DNA from: Octopus sinensis
Taxonomy: Eukaryota
Direction: 5' to 3'
Length of the DNA stretch: 64,000 nucleotides
Assembly (NCBI RefSeq): GCF_006345805.1
Contig: NW_021833051.1
Coordinates: 27,305-91,304, forward strand
Each line of letters opens with the position of its first letter. The stretch's first letter is position 1. The notes under the pieces are model-generated. The model did not search any database, was not told where the DNA came from, and was given only the letters and a program-made list of their open reading frames with translations. Shown here in pieces: positions 1 to 17,016 of this stretch. The translations under genes and the position numbers were made by a program.

Positions 1-228
1 GCAAAACGCTTTATTTCACGTTGCTCCAGTTCACTCATTTGCAGAAATGAGTTGAGACGTCACTGGTGTCAAACTGTATCAGTCTTTACCTTTCCATCGG
101 ATGATATCGATGGCATGGAAAGGGAAGGCTGGTATGCATGGGCAGTTGCTGGTCTTCCATAAACAACTTTGCCTGGAATCGTGCTTCGGAGAGGAACTTT
201 CTAGGTGAAATCCCATGGTCGGGGTCAT
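1..228 (+). mobile_element. CORE-like tRNA SINE, 3' part
   Basis: Colinear with the copies at 23026-23312 and 48352-48640 (tttcacgttgctccagttcactca...aaacaactttgcctgg...tcccatggtc). Confidence 0.7.
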
Positions 229-478
229 TGTAATATATGATAAATCGGCACATGAACGATGAACAGTGAGTTTTGGCAGATTCGAACGTGAATGTAGTAA
301 TCGCTGCTGTGTTACGTTTCAGGAGAACAACTTCTCTTTTACGACGAATGCTTGTTCATAACACATTCGATTCATCAGCTCAAGGGACTCTGGGACATCC
401 GCAGTCTCGACACCGTTTTGTCTCGTCATATAATATAATATAATATAATATAATATAATATAATTTAATGTAATATAA

Positions 479-864
479 TCTCTCTATATATAAACGGCAG
501 TTTGTCTGTGCGTGTTTCTGTGTGTCTGTTTGCTTGTACCTTCACCCTGACCACGGCTTTCAACCGATTCTGATGAAACTTGACACACACATAGCCCAAT
601 GTCATAATTCAAAACTAACGCAGCGAAAATTTTGAAAAGTTCCCCCAGTTCTGAAAAAAATCGATAAATTCGACATGGGGTCGAGAATCAAAAAAAACAA
701 ACCACAGACTGTCTAGGGGACGCAACTCAACCTTTTTTTACTCTCAAAAAAAATTTACCATCATTTTTTTTCCATTTTTTTGCTATTTTTTGGCTATAAC
801 TCTCTAAAAATGCTTTATAGTTATTTCCCTTACAAACCTGAGCAACGCCGGGCGATACTGCTAG
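479..864 (+). mobile_element. Non-autonomous Helitron, copy 1
   Basis: 5' TC start; 3' GC-rich hairpin (cctgagcaacgccggg) followed by CTAG; sits between A and T; near-identical to 25461-25836. Confidence 0.8.
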
Positions 865-1261
865 TATTATATAATATAATGTAATATGATAATATGATAT
901 TTTCCCCGCTCATTTTGCATTATAACTCTTACCTCTCTTTATGACTTCCGTCTCTTCGTGATTTATAGCCTCTCCGCCACATCTCTTGTACGCATTCTGA
1001 TGTATTACCAACCCATACGTTCTCTCTCAGGTTGCTTCTCTTACCACCCAGTACCTCCCCTTTTCTTTATCTCACAACCCTCCCTTTATTTCACTACCAA
1101 CCTTTCCTTCCTTCACTGACCTCGCTGCATTCAGCCGCTGCTCCCATACCCCTCTCTTCCACAGCCCTCTCTTTTCAGACTCAAGGGTTGTCCCTTGCGA
1201 CATACACACTAGCTATGCCATTGTCTCTTTCCCTACCCCTTGGTTTTTGTCTCTTTCACTA

Positions 1262-2312
1262 CCTATTGGTTTCAAATTCTGGCACAAGGCCAGTAAGTTG
1301 TGGGGAGGGGCCTAGTTGATTACATCGACCTCCAAAGCTCAACTGGTACTTATTTTAATAACCCTGAAAGGATAAAAGACAAATTTGACCTCGGTGAAAT
1401 TTGAACTCAGAACGTAGATATGAACGAAATGCCGCTAACCATTTTGCCAGCGCGCCGTCTTATCCTCCCGCAAATATTCTTTTCTACTCTAGGCACAAGG
1501 CCCGAAATTTTTGGGGAGAGGGTCAGTCGACTAGATCGACCCCCAGTACGCAACTGGTACTTAATTTATCCACTCCCGAAAGGATGAAAGGTAAAGTCAG
1601 CCTCGCCGGAATTTGAACTCTGAACGCAAAGACGGACGAAATACCGCAAAGCATTTTGCACGGCGTGCTAACGTTTCTGCCAGCTTGCCGCCTTTTAAAA
1701 TGTATTAATTATTTTCTTTTCTAACCTAGGCACAAGGCCCGACATTTTAGGGGAGGGGACCAGTCGATTAGATCGACCCCAGTACACAACTGGTACTTAA
1801 TTTATCGAGCCCGATAGGATAAAAGGTAAAGTCAACCTCGGCGGAATTTGAACTCAGAACGCAAAGACAAGGAGCTACACACAGAGGGGACAAACAAGGA
1901 CAGACAAACGGATTAAGTCGATTATATCGATCCCAGTGCGTAACTGGTACTTATTTAATCGACCCCGAAAGGATGAAAGGCAAAGTCAACCTTGGCGGAA
2001 TTTGAACTCAGAACGTAGCGGCAGACGAAATACAGCTAAGCATCTCGCCCGACGTGCTAACATTTCTGCCAGCTCACCGCCTTTTAAAATATGTTAGTTC
2101 TTTTCTTTTCTACTCTAGGTACAATGCCCGAAATTCTTAAGGATAATCCTTCCTACTCTAAGCACAAGGCCTGAAATTTTTTGGGAAGGGGATAAGTCGA
2201 TTACACCGACCTCAGTTTTTAACTGGTACTTAATTTATCGACCCCGAAAGGATGAAAGGCAAATTCGATCTCGGAAGAAATATAGCTTAGCATTTCGTCC
2301 AGTTGCCGCCTT
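1262..2312 (-). mobile_element. Head-to-tail cluster of about 5 Nin/Deu-domain tRNA SINEs
   Basis: Repeated reverse complement of gaggtcgactttgcctttcatcctttcggggtcgataaattaagtaccag and of the B-box-like gagttcaaattcc. Confidence 0.8.
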
Positions 2313-2911
2313 ATTCTCCCGCAAATATTATCTACTCCACTTCTCTGTTACTCTCTCCACTAACCTCTCTCGCAATAATGAATCTATTCCTGTCATCGCA
2401 GTTCACTCTTCCTTAAAGCATGTATGTATAGAAATTTATCAAAATCTCAACCAGCGAAAGATGCTGTACATAGTTGTTCGTCCTGCTAGAAATAGATGAT
2501 CAATCTCCCTCAAATGACATCATATTGAAGACAGGGGAGATTCTGTAGCCATGGTTACTCTTTAAAAGACAAGCTAGTCACAGATGAAATGACTTTGATC
2601 ATAAAAGGTAACCCCCCCCCCCCAAAAAAAAAAAAAAACAGAAAACGAAAAAAGGAAACAAGAATAACAAAAGAAAAACTACATCAACCAATAACTGCTC
2701 GATCAGATTCGAACGGAAGTTAAGCAACAGCAGCAGCCAGCAACAGGAGGAGCTGCAACAACAACAACAACGACGACGACGAAGACGACTACGACGACGA
2801 CGACGACCACCACCACAGCCTATCAAATTACTCTCGAGTCAAGTATTAGCTTTCTACTGTTTTTGCCACTTCGTTAGCTTCCCAATCATAAGCGACAATA
2901 TCCTCAAGAAT

Positions 2912-4000
<1,089 letters not shown>

Positions 4001-4197
4001 TTATATCTGTACATTGATATGTTGTATGTTTGTACGTTGAATATATGTTTTTAACGTGTGCAGACATGCGTGTGTACACATATCAACAGCTATCAACTTA
4101 GAATAACACCAATAACACACATGCTCTTAAGTATTTAGATTGGAAGATATTGACTGATGATACGTTTATTTAGATTAAAGACAGACAAACATACACA

Positions 4198-4234
<37 letters not shown>

Positions 4235-4454
4235 ATAGATATGTAAAGAAAAAGGTTTATTCAATAGCTTTATCAACTGACCTGCCCACGTTGAAGTGGT
4301 TGTGTATTCCACAGGTATGTGTACCGTTAGCCTTATCCTCAGACACACTCAGCGTGGTACAGTGAGTGTTTTATGAGGCTGTACCTTTGAACCAAAGGTA
4401 CAATTCTTCTATCAGCTTCCACACACTTTTTTTCTATCATATTTTCTCAGGAGG

Positions 4455-4822
4455 CTTTTTTCTTCAGCCAATTCGACTGCGACCATGCTGGAACCTCGAA
4501 GAATTTTTGCTGAACACATTGATCCCAGTAATTATTTTTTCAAAGCCTTGTACTTATTCTACCGGTCTCTTTTGTAGAGCCTCTAAGTTACGGGGACGTG
4601 GACATATCAATACCAGTTATCATGCGGTAGTGGGAGATAAATACACACACACACACACACACATGATGGGCTTCTTTCAGTTTCCTTTTGCCAAATCCAC
4701 TTACAAGGCTTTACCTAAACCGAGGTTATAGTAGAAGACACGTGCCCAAGGTGCCACGCAGGGGTACTGAACCCGGAACCATGTTGTTGGGAAGCAGACT
4801 TCTAGCCACACAGCCACGCCTC
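4455..4822 (-). mobile_element. Meta-domain tRNA SINE
   Basis: Reverse complement of the gccttgtgagtggatttggtagacggaaactgaaagaagcccgtc-type central domain, tRNA-like head and ccagcatggccgcagtc-type tail. Confidence 0.75.
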
Positions 4823-5057
4823 CCATCCAAAGATAGAATGCTTCTGATTTACGTACAAGGCCTGCGTTTAGAGGCTCAAGGGATAGTCAATACCGTCGGT
4901 CCTAGTTGCGGACTGGCACTTTATTTTACCGAACCTAGAGAGATTAAAGGGAAAGATGACCTCGCTGGGATTTGAACTCAGAACATAAATAACAGGAAGA
5001 AATACCATCAGGCATTTTTCCGATGCTCAAACAATTTTGATGGCTTTCGGTCGTATA

Positions 5058-5315
5058 AATAAATAAATGCGCCCTTTTAAAGCCTAGCCAGGCTCATGGG
5101 CCCGGTTTCCCGATTTCAATGGTGTATGTGTTCCCCAGCTGGACGGGACACCAGTCCATCGCAGCGTTACTCATTTTTGCCAGCTGAGTGGACTGGAGCA
5201 ACGTAAAATGAAGTGTTTTGTTGAAGAACACAACGCGTCGCCCGGTCCAGGAATCGAAATCACAATCTTACGATCATGATGCTGACACTCTAACCACTAA
5301 GACACGTGCCTCCAC
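5058..5315 (-). mobile_element. tRNA SINE with CORE-like and V-like domains, 14-bp TSD
   Basis: TSD ctttcggtcgtata at 5044-5057 and 5316-5329; gcgatggactggtgtcccgtccag motif; (TTTA)n tail; sister copy at 54590-54828. Confidence 0.85.
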
Positions 5316-5489
5316 CTTTCGGTCGTATATCGAAGTTATAATGTAAGGCGCTTTTACAAGATGCTACTGTGTATGATTGAACTCACGGCGCTGTGATTGC
5401 GAAGCAAACTGCTTAACCACTTGATCATGTTTACATACATACATACGTACGTATGGTAGTCTCTGGAGCCCTAGAAAGATGGTTCTGCA

Positions 5490-5696
5490 ATTTCTTGCTA
5501 AACAAGCAGCACTGATGATTTGTTTAGAGTGATCAAGCGTTGGCGCACGGTGTATATGACGTCAGATGTCGAAGTGATCGCAAAGCAAAGTGAAACGAAT
5601 ATGTTCAAGGACACAACACTGCCTGATCCGGGAATCGAAGCCACGATCGCAAGATCGTGAGTACAACACTCTAACCACTAGGACATACATCCTCAC
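5490..5696 (-). mobile_element. tRNA-headed SINE
   Basis: Reverse strand: tagtggttagagtgttg (A box), gcttcgattccc (B box), gtgttgtgtccttgaac (CORE-like). Confidence 0.65.
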
Positions 5697-5763
5697 ACAT
5701 ACATACATACATACATACATACATACATACATACATACATACATACATACATACATACATACA

Positions 5764-5797
<34 letters not shown>

Positions 5798-5889
5798 CGT
5801 ACATACATACATACATACATACATACATACATACATACATACATACATACATACATACATACATACATACATACATACACGTATGCATA

Positions 5890-6235
5890 GTGTAAACATA
5901 ATAGACCTGACATAATGATTTGGGATCGAGAAGAGAAACTGTACAGTTGTGGAAATCAGTTGTTCAGCGGATGTTAACATAAGGCTAAAGATCTGTGAAA
6001 AAGAAAATACATACGCCGAACTATTGAGGAACCTACAGCTACTCTATCCAGATTACAAGTTCAGGTTTATATCTGTAATTATTGGGGCCCTGAGATATGT
6101 AACACACTGCTTAAATACCAATCTTCTCAAAACAAGAAAAGCGAAAGCTGATACGTAAAGTACAGATCCAATCCATCACTGGAACTGTAAAAATCTGTAA
6201 AACTTTCCAGAAGTTTATCATTTAAGTATATATGA
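5890..6235 (+). mobile_element. RLE-type LINE 3' fragment (R4-like), embedded in (TACA)n
   Basis: RPDIMIW...VEISC..D...KE..YAELL..L...Y.F.F..VIIGAL = PD-(D/E)xK restriction-like endonuclease; flanked by (TACA)n at 5697-5880 and 6240-6470. Confidence 0.8.
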
Positions 6236-6469
6236 GCACGTACATACATACATACATACATACATACATACATACATACATACATAGTACATACATACAT
6301 ACATGCATACATGCATGCATACATACATACATAATACATACATACATACATACATACATACATAATACATACATACATACATACATACATACATACATAC
6401 ATACATACATACATACACACATACATACCTACATACATACATACATACATACATACATACATACATACA

Positions 6470-7730
6470 TAGAGCACGGATTGTGACACTGAAACATCTG
6501 CAGCAGAGGAAAGAGACCAATAGCCATCTTGTCCAAGTTTGTGACTATGAAACTAACAACATAATAAGGATAGCGAATGAACTCGCGGAGAGGTACTGTA
6601 TAAGAACCGATACAGATCTCACTCCAAGGAGCATTGGTAAAATCTACTTATCAGAACAGCAGAAAAGATATGACCAAGTTTACTGAGAAGATAGTGCATA
6701 GGTACTTGATGCATATCAGTAGCTTGGCATGGAAAGCCTACAGGTTTATGTCATACCACTTTGAAGGCTACACCCAAGCAATCCAAGAATAAGAGATCTC
6801 CACCAAGTACCTACAACATGTGGAGGCGTAATGGCCCAGTGGTTAGGGCAGCGGACTCGCGGTCGTAGGATAGCGGTTTCAATTCCCAGACCGGGCGTTG
6901 TGAGTGTTTATTGAGCGAAACCACCTAATTGTCCACGAGGCTCCGGCAGGGGGTGGTGGTGATCCCTGCTGTACTCTTTCACTACAACTTTCTCTCACTC
7001 TTTCTTCTGTTGGCCTGTTCGCTTAGCCAGCGGGGTGGCGTCTTTAAAGGCTAAAACAATGTGAAGCGCATTGTGACCAGCAATGTGTAGCAACATCTGA
7101 TGGCCTAGTCGGTCATGTGATCACGTGACATACAACATAAAAGTTAGAAAACGTTGACACACACACACAAAATGTATGCTGTGCAAGACCAAGACTGAAG
7201 ATATCAAGACTATTATTGCCAACTGTGAGAGAATGTCCTCCAGATATTATCTTCCTATGAGGCATGATACTATGGCCAGAACGGTCTGGAACAGGATAAC
7301 AAAAAAAAGCGAATACCCACAAATGAAATTGACCATATTGAGACCGATGGGTAAAAAAAAATACTGGTAGAACTTGAAAATTAAAAGAGCCACCAGGTTA
7401 AAACACAACTCGCCAGATATTGCTGTGTGTGACAGCAACGAAAGGGCATGTTCAGTTTTGGAAATCAGCTGACCCTGGACACGAATGCGGTTAGAAAAAT
7501 ACAAAAGAATGAGGACATCTATGGACCATTGATAAGGAGTTTGCAAATCCAGTATACAAGATACACTTTCAACTTCATAGCCATTGTTATTGGAGCAACA
7601 GGATACATACCAACCCACCTGGATCAAAGTATGGCTGAACTTGGAATCTTGGGGAGAGAATGCAAATCCTTAATTCATAAGCTACAAAAGATCACGATAT
7701 CTGGGACTATAAAATTGGTGAGATGTTAAG
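6470..7730 (+). mobile_element. Decayed RLE-type LINE C-terminus (zinc knuckle + RLE), interrupted by a SINE
   Basis: CMLCKTKTEDIKTIIANC...YLPMRHD, then HNSPDIAV...LEIS...IVIGATG; stops and frameshifts present. Confidence 0.8.
6820..7130 (+). mobile_element. tRNA(Arg)-like-headed SINE with 8-bp TSD
   Basis: tggcccagtggttagggcagcggactcgcgg...gtttcaattccc head; TSD tacaacat at 6812-6819 and 7131-7138. Confidence 0.85.
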
Positions 7731-7734
7731 ATTT

Positions 7735-8037
7735 TTGTTTGTTCCTTCTCGAGCCACGACTGGCTCTTAATGGCCGGTTTCCCGGTTTCCTTGGCGTATA
7801 GGTTCCCCACCTGGACGGGCCGCCGGTCTGTCGCAGGTGAGCAGCAAGATGCAGGAAGAAGGAGTGAGAGAAACTTGTGGCGAAAGAGTCAGCAGAAGTT
7901 CGCCATTACCTTCTGCCGGAGCCGCATGGAGCTTAGGTGTTTCACTCATAAACACACACACCACCTGGTCTGAGATTCGAACCCACGATCCCTCGACCGC
8001 GATCCGCTGCTCTAACCACTAGGCCATGTGTCTCCAC
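7735..8037 (-). mobile_element. tRNA(Arg)-like-headed SINE with V-like tail
   Basis: Head and body match 6820-7010; 3' part matches the V-like tail of 5058-5165. Confidence 0.75.
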
Positions 8038-8776
8038 ATGGCCTAGTGGTTAGAGCAGCGGACTCCACCTTGAGGTTTAAAGGATGTTAAATCAAGATGC
8101 CTTAAGATTTAAAGGATTTTAAATCAAGATACTTGTCATCACAACTTTGCTACCAAGCTGGTTGCCAGCGAAAATCTGCTCTAAATTAAAAAGGGAAAGA
8201 GAAGACATAATAGATATACAATGAAAACCGTTATTATGACATTACAGGCAAGAATTCTTTTGAATAAACCTGACTGATTATCCTCATCTCCCCTCTCATT
8301 ACTTACACTTCCTTAAATTCTGTCGCAATCTTCCAACATACGCTTCATTTCTTCGAAGGGTCCCTCCCTTCGACTCGTTTGAATATACCTATCAAACGGA
8401 ACGTGAATTTATTATCTGTTGCCTATTTTATTGCCCGTTGTGAGATTTTGTCGATACAAATCAAAAGCAATGTTCTTAGATAATAGTTATTTTTTAAAGA
8501 TTTTCTCATGATTAAAACCGAAAATAATGAATGCTATAAAATAAAGAGGAGAATCCTCGGAGAGTCCGTAATGGTCAGTGTTGGCAATTAGTAAGTATAA
8601 AGAGTTCAAAAACTAGAATAAATTCGCTTGTGAGGAAAAGCTAACGTTTCAAGCAGAATTCGTCGTCGGGAAATTATATTTTCTGTTAGTATTTAATGAA
8701 TAGGACGGATTCTTCCCCATGGCACGCAATTTGTTCCACTTTTGAACTTCTAATAAATGTTATAGTTGATTATATA

Positions 8777-8809
<33 letters not shown>

Positions 8810-8961
8810 ACTATAAATAAAAGATATATGTATATACACAAACATACACACACACGCATATATATACATAAATATGTATATATATATAAATAAATATATA
8901 TATATATAAATAAATATATATATATATTATATATATATATATATATAATATATATATATAA

Positions 8962-9023
<62 letters not shown>

Positions 9024-9334
9024 TATATCTTTTCACACACACATTCACACACATGTATATCTTTTATAATTTACTTGTTTCAGTCATTAAACTGAGGCCA
9101 TACTGGGGCACCGCTTTGTAGAGTTTTAGTCGAACAAATTGATCTCAGTACTTAAATATTTTTAAGCTTGGTCTCTTTTGCCGAACCGGTAAACACAGAC
9201 AGAAAGACACACACGCACACATACATACATACATACATACATACATACATACATACATACATACATACATACATACATACATACATCCATCCATCCATCC
9301 ATCCATACATACATGTATGGATACATGAATGCAT

Positions 9335-9379
<45 letters not shown>

Positions 9380-9399
9380 ATATAATAGAAGTATGTTAC

Positions 9400-12110
<2,711 letters not shown>

Positions 12111-12604
12111 CTATTACGAAAATTATTTGATGCCATATAAGTAATATATAACACTTCCTTCACAAACGTTGAACTTCAAGCTGTAGATCCAAATGAATGG
12201 TTGAATCAATGACTGGATGAATGAGTTTGGATCAAGATATTAAAATCGAACAGTGAGATTTTTATCAATTATCAGGAACAACTTAAGCTTTCACCTCTTT
12301 AGGATCGATAAAATATATGCCATTTGTACACTTGATCAATTCAACTATTTACATGCCCTTGCATGTTTAATAAGGTGTCAACATGACTGTAAAATATTCT
12401 CGTTATTTACAAAAAAACAAAATCTCCAAAACCTTGCAACATTTGTTTTGACTTTGTACATTCTGAGTTCAAATCCTACCAAGATAGAAGAAGTAAAGCA
12501 CTTAGTCAAGTACTGCGGTCGATGATTTCAACTAAGTTTCTTGAAAATTTCTGGCTTTGTACTTAAATTAGAAACTATTACTTACAAAGTTGTCCTTAGT
12601 TATT

Positions 12605-12998
12605 CTTTTATTCTTTTACATGTTCCAGTCATTAGACTGCGGCCATGCTGGAGCACTACCTTGAAGAATTTTAGTCGATTGAATCAACCCCAGTACTTCT
12701 TATATTTTCTCAAGCCTAGTACTTATGGTAACTGTCTCTTTTGCTGAACCGTTAATTTACAAGGAACAAAAGTAGAGCAACATTGCTCGTCAAGCGATGG
12801 TGGGGGACAAATACACTCATACACACACACATATACCGCAGCTTTTTTCAGTTTCCGTCTACCAAATCCACTCACAAGGCTTTGGTCTGCCCGAGGCTAT
12901 AGGAGAAGATACTTGCCCAAGGTGCCACGCAGTGGTACTGAACCCGGAACCATGTGGTTGGGAAGCAAGTTACTTATCACATAGCCACACTTGCGCCT
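12605..12998 (-). mobile_element. Meta-domain tRNA SINE
   Basis: Full head, Meta-like domain and tail on the reverse strand. Confidence 0.8.
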
Positions 12999-13042
12999 AT
13001 GAATACTTTCATAGATTATTTCAATAAAATTCATTCCCCATG

Positions 13043-13207
13043 TAGGCGGAGGCATGGCTGTGTGGTAAGAAGATTGTTTCCCTACCAAATGGTTCTGGGT
13101 TCAGTCCCACTGAGTGGCACCTTGGGCAAGTGTCTTCTACTATAGCCTCGGGTCGACCAAAACCTTGTGAGTGGATTTGGTCGACGGAAGCTGAAAGAAG
13201 CCCGTCG

Positions 13208-13240
<33 letters not shown>

Positions 13241-14073
13241 CTAGCTGACGTACCCGGTAATTCCCGGGAACGCGGGGCTTATCTCTTGGTTCCGTTCTCA
13301 TTATTATTTCACTAATCCAATAACAACAATACAAAGTATGTTGCCCTTACAATGGTTTTTGCGCATTTACAGAGAATACCAAACTGTCTTACAGTTTTTA
13401 GGAATTTCCAATAAGTTATGAATACCCAAATTGTGAAGTCAGTTATGTAATAACATGAAATTAGTTACTCGATAGTAAGAGTTCAAATAAAGTAGCCCCG
13501 AAAAGGACTTTATTGTGTTCCCAGAGTATATAGAACTTAGGGGGAAATGCCAATAAGATATGTATACTAAAATCGTGAAGCATGTTACATAATAACAGGC
13601 TAATCAGATATGAGATATTAACAATTCAAAGTAAATATCTCTGAAAAGGGCTTTTGTGCGTTCCCAGAGAATATTACCCTCAGTGGCACTAGTATATTCC
13701 TGAATAAGTCACTAACCGAAGTAAGTGGATCTGTTGATTAGGAAAATACTATTTACTTGTGAAAGGGTTGTACTGGATAAATTACTAAAATAGTTCAAAT
13801 ACTAAGAAATAAGCATATTAATACCACATGATTTAGGAAAATGAATGGGTTATTTCCCTTGGCTGTTAAAACGAAATATATTAGATATATATAAGGATCC
13901 CTTCCAGGGACTCTGTTATCGATTTTTTTCAACAATCTGAGTATGCCATGAGCTTTCCAGACATGAGTTCTACCCACGGGTCAAGTTTCATCAAAATCGA
14001 TAAAACAATGTAGGAAGAGTTCGCTAATAACTTCACAAACACACCTAAAGACAGAATTTCTCACATATGTATG

Positions 14074-14113
<40 letters not shown>

Positions 14114-14130
14114 TATACACACCTATATAT

Positions 14131-14216
<86 letters not shown>

Positions 14217-14229
14217 GTATGTATATATA

Positions 14230-14314
<85 letters not shown>

Positions 14315-14533
14315 ATATATATATATATATACGTTTGCGTGCCTTTGTTTATCTCTGTTTATCTCCCCATCACCGCTTGACAACCGGTGTTAATCTGTTT
14401 GCGGTTCGGCAAAGAGACCGATAAAATAAGCTTTAAAACATAAGTCTCGGGGTCGATTTGTTCATCTGAAACCCTTCAAGGCGGTGCTACAGCATGGCCG
14501 CGGTCAAAAGACTGAAACAAGTAAAATAAAAGA
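13043..14533 (+). mobile_element. Meta-domain SINE split by a Helitron
   Basis: Head and Meta domain at 13043-13208; tail at 14330-14533; the Helitron lies in the internal (TA)n tract. Confidence 0.75.
13241..14070 (-). mobile_element. Non-autonomous Helitron (second family)
   Basis: Minus-strand end cccgggaattaccggg hairpin + CTAG|T; 5' region has cgattttgatgaaacttgac, shared with the 479-864 family; 5' boundary lost in microsatellite. Confidence 0.7.
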
Positions 14534-15370
14534 ACATATCGACATCTCCTGACATTCGTTTGGATACCCCAGCATCTACATAAGCACTCCAGATTCTGCC
14601 CCCATTGCTAAAACTGGTCTCACCTTAGTAGCTGTCACGAAATAACTCTGAGTACGCGCATATTTAAACCTGGCCGTAAAGTTAATATTTGTAGTAGCCA
14701 GAGGCAGTAATAAACCTAACCATTCCTGTTGCGATATTTTAAACGATAGCAAGAGGACAATGTGTCTGCTAGAAGATTGCATAACAAAATCTGAACAATA
14801 ATATAGCTAGAAGACTTGGATAATAAATATTCAATAAATATGGTAATTGGATTACAAGAAGAAAATATCAATACAATAATGATCCAAACAAAAATAGGAA
14901 GAAACTAGTTAAAAATAACTGAGATATCTGGTCCTTTGTCAAGATGAATTCTACCCTCTGTCTCATTTCACCATTATTACAAGATTTGAATTTCAAATAT
15001 ATTCACTTGAATTTGAAGAGGTTTTCGTCAGCCAGAGTTAATTCAGCTGAAAGTAAAATATGAAATATGGTAATATGCTGTGAGGAGAAGAAAACTTTGA
15101 GATTCAGGCAGAGATCTTTAGCGAAAACTGACGTAATATAAAGATGTAGTCCATAAATATATAAAAATGATAGTGGAACACAAAATATACGAGTGAAAAG
15201 TCCTTTAGATTTTCCTGTTCGATATTTCACTTACTTATGAATCTTCACAATAGCGATCTATCTTCATCTTTTTTCTTTATTATTTTCTCTCTATACTTTG
15301 CCCAAACTTTTCGCCCACTTAAAACGACTTAAAATTCCCTGTTCACATCACATCTTTTAACAATTCAAAC

Positions 15371-15878
15371 TACGGTAATGCCTCGACTATCGCGGGTGCT
15401 ACGTTCCAAAACCCGGCGCGTGAGGTGAAAATCCGCGAAGTAGAAACAGTGCTGTACTGTATAAAGGCGGCGAGCTGGCAGAAACGTTAGCACGCCGGGC
15501 GAAATGCTTAGCGGTATTTCGTCTGCCGTTGCGTTTTGAGTTCAAATTCCGCCGAGGTCGACTTTGCCTTTCATCCTTTCAGGGTCGATAAATTAAGTAC
15601 CAGTTACGCACTGGGGTCGATGTAATCGACTTAATTCCTTTGTTTGTTCTTGTTGTTTGTTCTTGTTGTTTGTCCCTTCTACGTTTAGCTCCTTGTGGGC
15701 AATAAAGAAATAAGAAACAGTGCTGTACTGTATTTTTTTTAATAATTTTTATAATTTGTATATATTTATTTTATCATAAATGCAAAACAACACTACGGAT
15801 GAATCGACGTAAACTTAAATAATAATACTCGATATGTGAAACGCAATAGGTGAACCGCGATAGGTGAATCGCGATATA
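15371..15878. mobile_element. pogo/Tigger-like MITE interrupted by a SINE
   Basis: Starts TA-cggtaatgcctcgactatcgcgg; distal end has repeated gaaccgcgata/gaatcgcgata complementary to the left terminus. Confidence 0.5.
15463..15712 (+). mobile_element. Full-length Nin/Deu-domain tRNA SINE with 21-bp TSD
   Basis: TSD agaaacagtgctgtactgtat at 15442-15462 and 15713-15733. Confidence 0.9.
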
Positions 15879-16109
15879 TATTTACTTCTTTCATCTTTTA
15901 CATGTCCCAGTGATTAGACTGTGGCCATGCTGGGGTACCATCTTGAAGAATCCTTAGTCGAATTAATTGGCTCCAGTGTTTACTCTGTCGGTCTCTTATT
16001 GCCAAACCGTTAAGTTACGGGGACATTAACAAACTGACATTGGTTGTCAAGCACAGTGGTGGGACAAATAAAGATACACACACACACATACACACTCACA
16101 CACACATAC

Positions 16110-16915
16110 ACAAATAATAAAGGTGGCTTATACAATATACAACCGAAAGGCAGAGCTATAGACGTCACTAAAGTGACTAAGGGTACCAGTAAGCGCCAGT
16201 ATTGCTAGAAATAAGAGTCAAAACAACTCTTTGCCACAACAAACCACTTATCTTATGACTGACAAGAGAATCAAGCTCCCTACAGCATCCAGGGCATAAC
16301 TAGACCACTAGTGATTTTGCATTTATATTAATGCTCATCAGTGGCTCTTACTCAGCTGCCTAGGATTAAGCTGGCTTGCTTTGTGAGTTTATAAGGTTTA
16401 CCATAGAAACCCTATGCTGATTTCATGAACAGAAAAAGTGAAAATTAAAAATAATAAAAGTGGCTTATTCGTAATTTACAAACGAATTCCTTGTCAGTCA
16501 TAAAATAAGTGCTTTCTCGTGGCTAAGAGTTGTTTTGACTCCTATTCTTTTTTCTTCTCTTTCTTCATCTCATTTCTTTACTCCTGTCCTCTCTATCGTT
16601 ATTTCATTAATCTATACTCTTTTCATTTTCCCTATTTGTCTCCGATGAGGGAATATCCCATACTCTGGGATATCCCAGAAACAGCTGTAAGACTTTGAAT
16701 TTTTTCCCAATAATAGTAATGTATATGACTTGAGATGTTTGCCTTGCCTTAACGTTTGTTGTCTTCTTTAACAATCATATATCCGCTGCATCGGAAATCT
16801 GCAATGGCTCCATAACTACCGTCTCGGCTACAACCTTGGAGCCCTAGTAATCCGTTACAGCACTTACCTAGCGTATCTAGTCACTTAGATCACCTTTGAA
16901 CTAAACCCCATATTT
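16110..16915. mobile_element. PLE-like terminal-repeat remnant with inverted repeat and two hammerhead-like motifs
   Basis: ~63-bp inverted repeat at 16209-16272 / 16484-16546; hammerhead-like motifs at 16303-16346 (-) and 16638-16693 (+); bounded by (CA)n and (TA)n. Confidence 0.55.
16638..16693 (+). ncRNA. Type I hammerhead-like motif (PLE type)
   Basis: GUCU-CcGAUGA-[GGGAaUAUCCCA uacuc UGGGAUAUCCC]-a-GAAAC-AGCU-GUA-AGAC; stem I GUCU/AGAC; palindromic stem III ACAGCUGU; one core substitution. Confidence 0.6.
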
Positions 16916-16940
16916 TGTGTGTATTATATATATATATATA

Positions 16941-17010
<70 letters not shown>

Positions 17011-17016
17011 TATATC

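Noticed and set aside
2700-2910. Gln/Thr-rich possible exon ([17 protein letters not shown]...)
   Set aside because: Mostly trinucleotide repeat, no convincing acceptor or codon bias; cannot be supported without transcripts.
6820-6895. tRNA-Arg gene
   Set aside because: No acceptor stem, continues into a SINE body and has a TSD. The other tRNA-like heads are rejected likewise.
8640-8670. Further hammerhead-like motif (minus: CCGACGA...GAAACGUU); similar traces at ~3460, ~9590, ~21460, ~24750 and ~59950
   Set aside because: Core and stems too degraded to call individually.
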